A stretch of DNA of 64,000 bases from Candidatus Sulfomarinibacteraceae bacterium (GCA_963796455.1 CAWCLO010000004.1:576001-640000), one strand, 5' to 3'. Shown: positions 50,907-60,835, counted from the stretch's first letter. Numbers and translations are program-made. Notes: generated by a model not told the origin, from the sequence alone.

Positions 50907-51251
50907 ATGAAGGTCCAGTATCTCGAGATCGTCACGCCCGATGTCGATGCCGTTTGTGCGACCTACGCCACGCTCCATGGCGTGAGCTTTAGCGAACCAG
51001 ACGCCCGGCTTGGCAACGCCCGTACCGCCTCGTTTCCAGGTGGCGGTCTGCTTGGCGTTCGCGCGCCGATGCACGAGACCGAAGCGCCCGTGGTACGGCC
51101 CTACACATTGGTGGACGACCTCGACGCCGCTGTCGAGGCGGCCAAGGCGGCCGGCGGCGAGATTGCACACCCGCCGATGGAGATTCCGGGGCACGGTCGT
51201 TTCGCGATCTTCATCCGGGGCGGCATCCACCACGGCCTCTGGCAACTCTGA
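50907..51251 (+). CDS. VOC/glyoxalase-family protein
   Basis: YLEIVT.DVD, VDDLDAAV...AGG, EIPGHGRFAI. Confidence 0.85.
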   Translation: MKVQYLEIVTPDVDAVCATYATLHGVSFSEPDARLGNARTASFPGGGLLGVRAPMHETEAPVVRPYTLVDDLDAAVEAAKAAGGEIAHPPMEIPGHGRFAIFIRGGIHHGLWQL

Positions 51252-51320
51252 AACGTGATACTCAGGCCAGCTTCTTCTGCAAATAGTCACTGGTCAGGTG
51301 CTTGACCACGTCGACACGAA

Positions 51321-51396
51321 GGGTGCCATTGATAACAACCTCACATCGAGAAGGCCGTCAGAGCGTCAGGTTATTAGGTAGTAATCAGTGGCACCC
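51321..51396. repeat. 76-bp MITE/REPIN-like element with 21-bp imperfect terminal inverted repeats
   Basis: Left GGGTGCCATTGATAACAACCT; right (rc) GGGTGCCACTGATTACTACCT; 18/21 identical. Confidence 0.65.
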
Positions 51397-51555
51397 ACAC
51401 GAACTGAGATTTCGATCAGGGGCGATGACCCAGGCTGTGAAGTTGTGATCAATGGCACCGATGCCCCCGCAAAACTCACGTCGTTCATTGTGGTTGTTCG
51501 TGCCTGGGCATCGTATTGACTACCATGAGGAGGGACTCATCCTCTGGAGGTCGCG

Positions 51556-52638
51556 TTGTCGAAATCGATCGTTGTCACGGCATTCCTCGTGGTGTTGGCC
51601 GGCAGCGGCATCACGCAGGAGATCTACAGTGACGGCTTCGAAGCGGGGAATCGCCTCGACTGGTCGAATATCGTGGCGCCTTGTGAAATCCCCACTGGCG
51701 CAGGCCTGGAGGATGTTTCAACTCCCACCACGGTCGTTGGCAGCGGAACGCCGGCGAGTTGTACCTCCGCAGCATTTGTCAGCGCCGTGGCCCTTGGTGG
51801 AATCATCACCTTCGATTGCGGTCCCGACCCGGTAACCATCACGCTCGACCAGACGGCCAGGGTTTTTAATGACACGGGACCAGAAATCGTCATCGACGGC
51901 GGAGGGTTGATCACGCTCAGTGGGGGAGGCATCCGGCGCATCCTTTATATGAACACCTGCGACGAGGACCTCGTGTGGACCACACCGCATTGCCAAAACC
52001 AGGACCACCCAGAGCTCACTGTACAGAACCTGACTTTCATCAACGCCAACTCCAAAAACGAGCCCGTGTACGACGGAGGAGGAGCCATATGGGCTCGCGG
52101 AGGCCGCTTCAAGATCGTCAATTGCAGCTTCTTTGACAATGTCTGCGAAGACGTCGGGCCTGATCTCGGTGGGGCAGCCGTCCGCGTCTTCAGTCAGTAC
52201 GAAGGACTGCCGGTCTATGTCGTCAACTCGCATTTCGGTGCGGCGCAGGGGTCCGGAAACACGTGTTCGAATGGGGGAGGGATCAGCAGCATCGGAGTTT
52301 CATGGACCGTCCTTAACAGCACGTTTTCCCGCAATCGTGCGATCGGTAATGGCGGGAATCCCTCCCAGTCGGGTACCCCGGGGGGCGGAAGCGGCGGCGC
52401 AATCTACAACGACGGCAACACGATGACGCTCTCCATTTGCGGTACGCGCATCGAGTACAACGAAGTCAACGCGCATGGAAGTGCCATCTTCTTCGTCAGC
52501 AACGACCACTCGGGCGACATCGTCATCGATCGTTCGGTCATCACCAACAACATCGGTGGTTCGTGGTATCCCACCTATCCTCAAATATCCAACCACTCCG
52601 ACACGCCGATTGAGGTGAAGGCCTCGATTATTCGATAG
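51556..52638 (+). CDS. Secreted pectin-lyase-like beta-helix protein with N-terminal IYSDGFE...W motif
   Basis: VVGSGTPASCT, GGIITFDCG, IDGGGLITLSG, GGAI repeats. Confidence 0.8.
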   Translation: MSKSIVVTAFLVVLAGSGITQEIYSDGFEAGNRLDWSNIVAPCEIPTGAGLEDVSTPTTVVGSGTPASCTSAAFVSAVALGGIITFDCGPDPVTITLDQTARVFNDTGPEIVIDGGGLITLSGGGIRRILYMNTCDEDLVWTTPHCQNQDHPELTVQNLTFINANSKNEPVYDGGGAIWARGGRFKIVNCSFFDNVCEDVGPDLGGAAVRVFSQYEGLPVYVVNSHFGAAQGSGNTCSNGGGISSIGVSWTVLNSTFSRNRAIGNGGNPSQSGTPGGGSGGAIYNDGNTMTLSICGTRIEYNEVNAHGSAIFFVSNDHSGDIVIDRSVITNNIGGSWYPTYPQISNHSDTPIEVKASIIR

Positions 52639-52831
52639 GTCGTTTCACACAGCCACATCAGGCGATGCCAAGGCGTCAATTGATACGTGGTATCCCTGAT
52701 CCAAACAGACGATTGCCGAGTGGTGAACGTGGGGTTCTCATGGATGCCCTGTGCGTTGCAACCGCGCTCCGAAATCCCCGTATTCAAATGCAGAACGCGG
52801 AGAGCCCAATCGAACCCGGAGGTAGCGCAAG

Positions 52832-53651
52832 GTGTCTCGCACGATTGCCGCACTCGTTCTCCTTTTGGCCTTCACTTCCGTCGCCCCGGCGCAGGAAAAC
52901 GAAGAAAAACGTACCACTCGCCGCACGCAAGGTCAAGCTCGAAGAGCGAGCACAGAAGGCCTACGAGCAGATTGTCGCGGCGCAGACCGAACCCCTGGCT
53001 ACGACGGCCGAGGAAGTGGTCGACCGCTGTATCGCGTCGATGGGCGGTCGTGATGCACTGGTTTCTCTGCGAACCCTTTCCATGACTTCGACCGGTTTCA
53101 TGGTGGGGGGCAGATTCGGCGGCACGCGCCAGTTGAAGGCGCCCAACCTCATTCGGCAGGAACGGAATGAGGGACTCTTCGTCGTAACAGACGGCATAAC
53201 GGCCTGGCAGGTAGAGGGCGATGATTGGCAAGCTTTGCCGCCCGGTCAGTCGATGTGGCAACAAGTGTTCAGCATCACTCTCGATCTGATCGACTACAAG
53301 GCAAAGAACGTGGCCTATGATTTTGTCGAAACCGCGGCCCTCGAAGGAGGGGCGTTCTACAAGCTTCGCAAGACCATCAGCACCGGCAAGGAGATCTTCG
53401 TCTATTTCGACATCGCCACCGGTCTGCTCACGATGGAAGAGGAATTCGGAGAGAACGGCCGGATGGTCAACCTCTTCTATGATCACCGAGAGGTCGGTGG
53501 CGTGCTGCTGCCGCACATGAGAGTCCGCCTTGCCGAGGTCCTCGACACGGCCCACGTGGCCCTGCTCTCGTACGAGGCCAACCCGCCGCTCGACGACACC
53601 CTTTTCGAGCCCCAGATTGTGGCAGAATCAGACGAGACGTCGATTCAGTAG
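52832..53651 (+). CDS. Secreted LolA-like/lipoprotein-sorting-type protein, single frameshift in an A-run near 52907
   Basis: Signal peptide in the 52832 frame joins the 52665 frame; AEEVVDRCIASMGG, YFDIATGL, DHREVGGVLLPH. Confidence 0.65.
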
Positions 53652-53700
53652 ATTGAGGGTGCCACCAATTACTCTGTGACTTCAAGGTGAGCGCAAACGA

Positions 53701-54255
53701 TCAGTCGTTTCCGAAATGTTGTTCCCACACCTGGTTCAAACAATCAGCCACCTCCGTTTCGTCAAAGGTGCGGAGCTGCTGAATCCGAAGGAAGAGATCG
53801 ACTCCAGTTTGATCGGGATCGTAGGGCTCCCACAGTCTGCGGTTAGAGGCGAGTAGGCAGTAAGAGCACTTCCATTCCCACTTTCGTTCGGATGAAGTGC
53901 ACAAACGGCAAGCACAAGAGAATCCGGACTTCTCTTCTTCGATGATAGTGCACCCACCAGATGTGCTTTGAGGGGCAGCGTTCGGGAAATCCCGTTCGCG
54001 AGCGAAGCGATATCGGCAATCTCGCTCCCGTCCAGCCATTGATACCGGCTCGTCGATTGGAAGACCAAATTGAATAGGTACCTCGATGACTTCGAATGAG
54101 ACTTCGTGGACCTCGCAAAAGAAGCGAGGGGCTTTTTCAGCTCTGCAGTACCGCTGACTCCTGCTTTCCTCGTCTTGCGGCTCCTGCCCTTGGCCAGGGA
54201 CGGCCGTGAACAATGAACAACAGATCATGGCAATCATCGCAAGGCTTCGCTTCAT
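53701..54255 (-). CDS. Secreted Cys-rich hypothetical protein
   Basis: GGAGG RBS, signal peptide; CEVH...FPNA...GGC...CRLC. Confidence 0.6.
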   Translation of the reverse strand: MKRSLAMIAMICCSLFTAVPGQGQEPQDEESRSQRYCRAEKAPRFFCEVHEVSFEVIEVPIQFGLPIDEPVSMAGRERDCRYRFARERDFPNAAPQSTSGGCTIIEEEKSGFSCACRLCTSSERKWEWKCSYCLLASNRRLWEPYDPDQTGVDLFLRIQQLRTFDETEVADCLNQVWEQHFGND

Positions 54256-54665
54256 GCGTTCCTCCAACTCCATCGATCGCAGAGATCGAACAGTTTTCGA
54301 TTGAGAGTGCCGGCACGACAGAGAGTTCCCCCGATCACATTAGCGAGGTCCGCAGTTCAGTTTTATTCTGGATGGCGCAGTGGGCGAGGAGTCACCTCGA
54401 GCTTTGACCTGGTGTTGGAGCTTCCTCGTCACCCGCACAATTCAACAAATGTGAACGTTGCACCCATACATGCATGGCACCCATGTGCAGGAAGGGCGGC
54501 ACCCTCTTAATCGGATGGCTTGACATCTGACCGATCGCGCCGAATATTGTAGGCAACAAAATATGTACAAGCTGAAGGGATGCATCTCATGTTTCAACAG
54601 AGTTTTGGGATTTGTAGCGTGAGATTTGCCCATCATATTGACACACTGGCCATCGAGAGGTCGTC

Positions 54666-55001
54666 ATGCGACGCAAGCTGCCTGTTTTTTTCTTGATAGT
54701 TGTCTGCTGTCTTATCTGGCCGGTTACGAAGCCTTCTGCGGGTGAGCAAGATGCCGTCACAAAATCGGCGGTTGTCGAGCTTGAAGGGTGGCACCTGGGA
54801 GGAGGCGGGGGGAGCAGCAAAGGCGGGCCCTTTGAAATTGGCGCAACGGTGGGCCAGACCAGCGTGGGGACGGCAGTCGGTGGGAGCTTCGTTCTCGAGG
54901 CTGGTTTGCTCGCAGGTGCTGCGCCTCCTGGCGGCTTCCTATTTGGAGACGGATTCGAGTCGAATTCGGCGAATTCGTGGACAGCCATCGTCGGTTGGTG
55001 A
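54666..55001 (+). CDS. Small secreted Gly-rich protein with C-terminal LFGDGFE...W motif
   Basis: Signal peptide; GGGGGSSKGGPFEIGATVGQ...FVLEAGL. Confidence 0.7.
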   Translation: MRRKLPVFFLIVVCCLIWPVTKPSAGEQDAVTKSAVVELEGWHLGGGGGSSKGGPFEIGATVGQTSVGTAVGGSFVLEAGLLAGAAPPGGFLFGDGFESNSANSWTAIVGW

Positions 55002-55036
55002 GAGCGTCGTCGACGCAGCAAACGGAGGAGAGAATC

Positions 55037-55954
55037 ATGCATATCAGGATGTTGTCGATTTGCCTGTCGGTGTTCGTTGGAGTCTGTTTCTTCCCCGTTA
55101 GAAGCGCCGAAAGCATGGATTCTGCGTTTTCGTATCAGGGCAACCTGAGTGTTTCCGACAGGCCTGCCGAAGGGAACTTCGATTTTAGATTCATCCTCTA
55201 CGGTTCGGAAATCGGAGGGTCGCAGGTCGGACCCATCCTGTATGGGGATGACATCGAGGTGTCAGGTGGTCTGTTCTCGCTTTACCTGAATTTCGGGGAC
55301 GAGGTGTTCGACGGAAGCCAGCGATGGCTCGAAGTGGCAGTTCGGTCCGGTGATGAGACCGGGGCCTACACACCGCTCGGACCGCGGCAGGCCATAATGC
55401 CGTCGCCGTACTCGCTGCGCGCCGGCCGTATCTCGTGGTCCGACATCGAGGACATCCCCGCGGGATACGCGGACGACGCTGACGCCGACCCGTCGAATGA
55501 ACTGCAAACCCTCTCGCTCGAAGGCACCTCGCTCAGTCTTTCACGGGAGGGCGGCACCGTTGTTCTTCCAGTGGGGGTGGTGAACGGATATACCGACCTG
55601 CCCGAGGCCGTGTATGGACCCCTAACTCTTTGGGAAATCGCGAGGGTCGACTTCACATTGGACGAAGAGAGCACTGTGTTGATTTTGGCCGACGTCAACG
55701 TCTGGGGTGAAGGAGCGTGCGAGGACGCAATCGAGTTAGAAATCAATGGAGAGCTCGAGCCCCGGACTTCGGTGCATGTTGATAACCAGGCCCCGGTCCC
55801 GAGTCCCGTCAATAACACCAACAATGGCGTCTCGGTTCATACCTCGTGGATGCAGACGCTTCCTGCCGGACAGAACTTCGTCAGATTGAAAACATGGGGT
55901 GGCTGCAACATCTACGTGAACCCTCATCTTCACGTGCTGGTGTTGAGCAATTGA
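55037..55954 (+). CDS. Secreted protein with FxYQGxL N-terminal domain (collagen/tail-fibre-like surface protein family)
   Basis: FSYQGNL...GNFDFRF.LY...GLFSL.L.FG...RWLEVAV...PRQ...PYS; GGAGG RBS. Confidence 0.7.
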   Translation: MHIRMLSICLSVFVGVCFFPVRSAESMDSAFSYQGNLSVSDRPAEGNFDFRFILYGSEIGGSQVGPILYGDDIEVSGGLFSLYLNFGDEVFDGSQRWLEVAVRSGDETGAYTPLGPRQAIMPSPYSLRAGRISWSDIEDIPAGYADDADADPSNELQTLSLEGTSLSLSREGGTVVLPVGVVNGYTDLPEAVYGPLTLWEIARVDFTLDEESTVLILADVNVWGEGACEDAIELEINGELEPRTSVHVDNQAPVPSPVNNTNNGVSVHTSWMQTLPAGQNFVRLKTWGGCNIYVNPHLHVLVLSN

Positions 55955-56127
55955 TGATCGAAGGGGTGCCATCAGGGTGCCACCCATCATTCTCACAATT
56001 CAACAATTCGGTACGCGGCTCCTATGCGTTTCTGATCTGGCTCGACTTTGACTGGGAGGTTTTCATTGAAACGATCGCGCCCGGCTCGAGCCGCGAGCCA
56101 TCTCACCGCGATCGGGAGGCCACGACG

Positions 56128-57246
56128 TCAGTCGTTAGCGGGTGAACCATTCTCCTGAACGCAGCGAATTCCCTCACCCTTGCGGGCAGGAACATAGCAT
56201 CCAAGACACGAAACGCAGGCAGCACGCTCCTGGTCCCCTTCGAGCCATCGCGTCGGGAGACCCGGCTCGCGGATAAGAGGTCGCGACATCGAGAAGTACT
56301 GGACGACTCCTTCGGCCAGGATTTTCTCCATGATCTCAGGCGACCGCATTCCTCCGACCAACATGAGCGGAACCTGGGGTGCAGCCTTCCCGATCGCTCG
56401 AGCCTGCGAGAGAAAATAGGCTTCCTCGTCGGGGCCCTTGATGTTGGGCCGCGCGGCACCGAGAAGACCCGATCCCGGTGTCCCACCCGATACCTCGATG
56501 GCATCGATTTCCTCTGCGGCGAGAGCAGATGCCAGAAACGTCGAATCTTTTTCGGTGGTTGACCCATCGAGGAAGTCGTTGGCGTTGAGCTTGATCATCA
56601 CCGGGAAGTCGGGACCTACCGTTGTACGGATCTTTCGGTAGACCTCGAGACAGAGTCGTGAACGGTTCAAGAGAGAACCGCCATATTCGTCGGTCCGGCG
56701 GTTGCGCAGCGGAGACAAAAAGGCGGCCAACAGGTATCCGTGTGCTCCGTGCAGTTGAACGCCGTCGAAGCCGGCTTGCTGGAGACGCCCGGCGGCAGCG
56801 CCGAAATCTTCGATGATCTGGCGGATTTCGTCGGCGGTCAGTTCGTGGGGTACTTCCGGGTAACCCGGATCCTCGATCGCACTCGGTGCAACCGGGTGGC
56901 GCCCGCCATTCTGTTCAGTATTGGCCTGACCGCCGCAGTGAACGATCTGCCCGACGATCTTGCCGCCGTGTTCGTGGACGATGTCGGCGAGAGAAGCAAG
57001 CCCGGGAATCAGATCGTCGCGATCGACAGCGATCTGGCCGAGGCTCTGTTGACCGATCTTTTGAATGTAGAGATAGCTGGAAATGATCAGACCGACGCCG
57101 CCCTCTGCCAGTTCTTTGTAGATGCGAAGCAGCTCAGGAGTCACCCGGCCATCAGCATCGGCCAGCCCCTCCCAGGTGGCGGATCGGACCAGGCGATTAG
57201 CCAGCTCGAGACCGCTCAGTTCGGTTGGTTCAAATATTCCAGTCAT
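56128..57246 (-). CDS. NADH:flavin oxidoreductase (Old Yellow Enzyme family)
   Basis: NRLVRSATWE, QLHGAHGYL, NRRTDEYGGSLLNR, SRPLIREP, CVSCLGC. Confidence 0.93.
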   Translation of the reverse strand: MTGIFEPTELSGLELANRLVRSATWEGLADADGRVTPELLRIYKELAEGGVGLIISSYLYIQKIGQQSLGQIAVDRDDLIPGLASLADIVHEHGGKIVGQIVHCGGQANTEQNGGRHPVAPSAIEDPGYPEVPHELTADEIRQIIEDFGAAAGRLQQAGFDGVQLHGAHGYLLAAFLSPLRNRRTDEYGGSLLNRSRLCLEVYRKIRTTVGPDFPVMIKLNANDFLDGSTTEKDSTFLASALAAEEIDAIEVSGGTPGSGLLGAARPNIKGPDEEAYFLSQARAIGKAAPQVPLMLVGGMRSPEIMEKILAEGVVQYFSMSRPLIREPGLPTRWLEGDQERAACVSCLGCYVPARKGEGIRCVQENGSPAND

Positions 57247-57386
57247 GGGTTCGGGCCCCCTTCGGAGACTTACTTTACCGCGGCCCTGGAGAGCTGGGCA
57301 CCCAAACTGGAACGAAGCCATGGCTCATCCGAATTTTCTGTTGCAGAGTGGTACCCAAACATATGGTACCGATACGAAATATCGTT

Positions 57387-59518
57387 TTATGGCGACGGCG
57401 TCATCGTCGGTGTTGGAGTTGGTGTCGGATCACCCTCGTATTCGAGTGATGCACAAACGTTGAGGCACTCCATCACCGGCGCACTGGTATTGAGGATGGC
57501 GAAATCCAGACACACCTGGTAGGTGCCCGCAGGACGGAGATGATACGAGTGATCCGCGTGCCACGATGCGGTAGCGCCCGCCATGATGTTGAGGGTCGGC
57601 GGGTTCCAATGGTCGGGCTCCACATCCACAGGTGAGACGTAGCTGTTGCCGTGCCAGTAGGTGTAGGCGGCTGAGCTCGACGAGGAGTTGACCGAAAAGA
57701 AATCGACGTAGTGGGCTGCCGACCCGGGATGCCACGTCCAGACGGTGCGCGTGATTTCGAGATATGGCGGTCCCGGTGCAAAAACGGTCAGTCCGTTGGT
57801 GATGGTGGCCGTGAAATCATCGTTGCCCGAAGCCTGAAGGTTGGTTACGGTTACCAGCCCGCAGTCCACCTCTGGAACCGGAGTGTTGGTTCGGGTCGGC
57901 GTCTGGGTGGCCGTGGGTGGAGGTGTATGAGTGCTGGTCGGTTCGGGGGGGACGTGGCGGTCGGCACCACCGTCGGGGTTCCGGTCGGCGTCATGGTTGG
58001 GGTTCCGGTCGGCGTGCTCGTTGGCGTTGGAGTTGCCGTGATCGTGGGTGTAGCGGTTGGCGTTGGCGTGGGAACCGGGTAAGAAGCCGACCACTTCGAG
58101 CTATTTCCAGTTTCGAAACCATCTTCGAATATCAGCTCTCCAACCAGGTAGATATAGGCCGTTCCTGCGTTCATGACGGGATCACCCGGGCCGCCGTCCT
58201 CAAAGAATGCCCCGACAACGGCGACGCCGCCGTTGACCGAGACGGCGACGCCGAAATTGTCTTGGGCCGCAGCATCTGGAGCCCGCAAAATCCGTCGTTC
58301 GCCCCAGTTTTCTTCGCCTCCGAAATTCCGTTCGAACTGATAAACAGCGCCGGCGCTTGGCAATTGTCCGCCCTCGCCGCCGTCCTCGTCGAATGCGCCG
58401 ACGATGATCGTGTCGTCATCGAGGGAGACCGAGAACCCGAACAGATCGTCAGGCTGCGCATCGGAGGCGGTGAGTTTTACCACTTCGCCCCAGGCGCCTG
58501 CTCCACCGTGGTTTCGCTCGAAAATATAGGCAGCCCCGGCGTTGGACATCGGGTCTCCAGTACCGCCGTCCTCGAAATCAGCCGCGACGACCAGGGTGTC
58601 ACCGTCCAGGGCGAGGGAAGTGCCGAAATGGTCGTCGGATTGAGCATCGGAGGCCCGCAGGACCGCAACCTCGCCCCAGGCGTCTGTTCCGCCCTCATTT
58701 CGTTCAAAAATATAGACGGCGCCGACGTCGGGCGTGGGATTTCCTTCACCGCCGTCCTCCCCGATGGCGCCGATTGCGATCGTATCGTTCGAGATGGCCA
58801 CTGCACTTCCGAAACTGTCGTGTGCCCGGTGTTCTGATGGGCGAAGGATAGCGACCTCGCCCCACCCGTCCACTCCGCCAAGGTCGCGGTCGAAGACGTA
58901 GGCACTTCCGGCCAGCCAGAGCGGATCCTGAAGACCGCCGTCTTCCCATCGGGCCCCGACCACCAGCGTGTCGTTGTCCAGCGCCACCGCGCTGCCAAAG
59001 ATATCTCCGCCCTGGCCGTCGGACGCCCGGATTTCGGCCACTTGTCCCCATTGATTCTCACCATCTCGGTGTCGATCGAAGATGTAGACGGCGCCGGCGT
59101 CCTCCGGGTCGAGTCCGATTCCGCCGTCCACCTTTCTGGCGCCGACGGCGACGGTGTCTCCATCGATCGCGACGGGAAGTCCGAACCAGTCTTCGGTATC
59201 CGGTCGGAAAAGACGCAGGATCTTGGTCTCACCCCAGGAGCCTGGGCCGCCCTGATCGCGCTCAAAAAGGTAAACGGCGCCGGCATCGAGCGTTGGATCA
59301 CCCGCGCCGCCGTCCTCGAGAAAGGCGCCCACCGCCAGCGTGTCGCCGCTGAGAGAAACCGACGCGCCGAAATTGTCATCACTTTGCGGGTCGGAGGCAT
59401 ACACCACCGCATGCGTCTGGGAAAGCTCACTTTTGGCGGAGGCGAGGATCGATGCGACCCCCGCCAGGAGGAGCAGTGCAAGGGTGGCGGTGCCAAGAAC
59501 GAGCCGGTTGCGAGCCAT
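57387..59518 (-). CDS. Secreted FG-GAP-repeat propeller, IFEDGFE motif, Pro/Thr linker and C-terminal domain; frameshift near 57950
   Basis: Seven FG.SVAL.GDT..VGA..ED...AGAVYIF repeats; PT repeats continue into ORF 57387-58094 across a G7 run. Confidence 0.8.
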
Positions 59519-59802
59519 GGTTCCTCCGATTCGCACCGTTTCGAGATTTTTCCCGTAAAAACTCAGCAATTGGTGCGACTCTAAACAACCATACGGTCGG
59601 ACTGGTGAGTGTGTCAACAATAGGTATCACCAGCAATCGAAAGCTCGCAAGTGGGTGGCCCTCAGGGCACCCATGCCCACTTGATGTTCGCTCTTCAGGC
59701 GGTACCATCGAAGGAGAGGAACTTCTTGGGAGGACGAACATGGGATCACGCGAGGTTGTCGACCTGGAGGCGAAGCTTTTCGACGTGGAGAAGAGGGGCC
59801 CC

Positions 59803-60642
59803 GTGAGGCTGGCGTGTCTGTGCGGACTGATCTTGAGCATCGCCCTTTCGCCGGTTTCTGGCCAGGATCCTCCACGGTCCGCGAACGATCCTGAGGTCAC
59901 GAAACTGGTCGGCGAGGGCACCACGGCCTTTCAAGCCCAGAATTACAAGGCCGCATTCAAAAAGTTTCAACTCGCCGATGAGTTGGCCGATGGAACGTCA
60001 TGGGATGCGTTGGCCGGCGCGGGGTCGGCTTCGCTGCAGATGGGCAAGCCCGCCAGGGCCCGCGAGTACGCCGAACGGCTCGTTCAGATGGAGCAGGATC
60101 CCCAGCGGAAAGGCATTTCACTCCATTTGCTCGGCGTGAGCCTCGGCCGGCTCAACAAACTGTCGGAGTCGGAAGCCGCTCTTCGAGAATCCCTGGCCCT
60201 CCGGCCCGACCGGCCGCTCCAGACGCGAATCTCACTGGTCTCCGTTCTGTGCCGACAGGGCAGGCACGACGAGGGGCTCGCGTTCTTCGATGAGGAGGGT
60301 AAATGCGCCGAAGGCAGTGCCGATCTCCATCGGAAAGAATGGACGGCACCGGAACGATTCGAACTCGATGGACCGATCACCGAGCCGATCAGGCTGTCAG
60401 GAGCTTACCCGGAATACCCTGAGCAGGATCGCCTGGCGCGGATCGAGGGCACCGTGGTGCTCGATTCGCTCATAGGCGCCGACGGGTCGATCCTCTGCGT
60501 CTACGTGCTGGATGGACCGACCCCCGATATGAGCTGTGCGGCTGCGATCGCCGTCATGAACTGGAAGTTCAAACCCTCCACCCTCGAGGGCGAGCCGGTC
60601 GAGGTCTATTACAACCTGGCCGTCAGATTCAACCTGCAGTGA
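59803..60642 (+). CDS. Secreted TPR protein with C-terminal TonB domain
   Basis: Signal peptide; TPR-like helices; PEYPE..R.ARIEGTVVL...WKFKP...GEPV. Confidence 0.85.
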   Translation: MRLACLCGLILSIALSPVSGQDPPRSANDPEVTKLVGEGTTAFQAQNYKAAFKKFQLADELADGTSWDALAGAGSASLQMGKPARAREYAERLVQMEQDPQRKGISLHLLGVSLGRLNKLSESEAALRESLALRPDRPLQTRISLVSVLCRQGRHDEGLAFFDEEGKCAEGSADLHRKEWTAPERFELDGPITEPIRLSGAYPEYPEQDRLARIEGTVVLDSLIGADGSILCVYVLDGPTPDMSCAAAIAVMNWKFKPSTLEGEPVEVYYNLAVRFNLQ

Positions 60643-60835
60643 GGGCCGCGCCCTGCCAGGGTTCCTGGGGTGCCATCCATGCAGCCGCACTCACAAAGGC
60701 AGGATTGAGTGACTGCGGAGGCTGGCACCATATTTTTTATCCGGCCGCCGCGGTGGTGCCCGCGGCGAAGAACGCCGCGAGCAAAGCCACCCCGATTGCC
60801 GGCGATCGCGTGAGCGACAGAGGCCTGCTCAGACC

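Noticed and set aside
57880..58080. Tandem DNA repeats resembling an array
   Set aside because: They encode Pro/Thr linker repeats; no constant repeat-spacer structure, so not CRISPR
58140..59400. Recurring GCCGCCGTCCTC-type repeats at regular ~190-bp spacing
   Set aside because: Coding FG-GAP blade repeats (EDGG), not a DNA element
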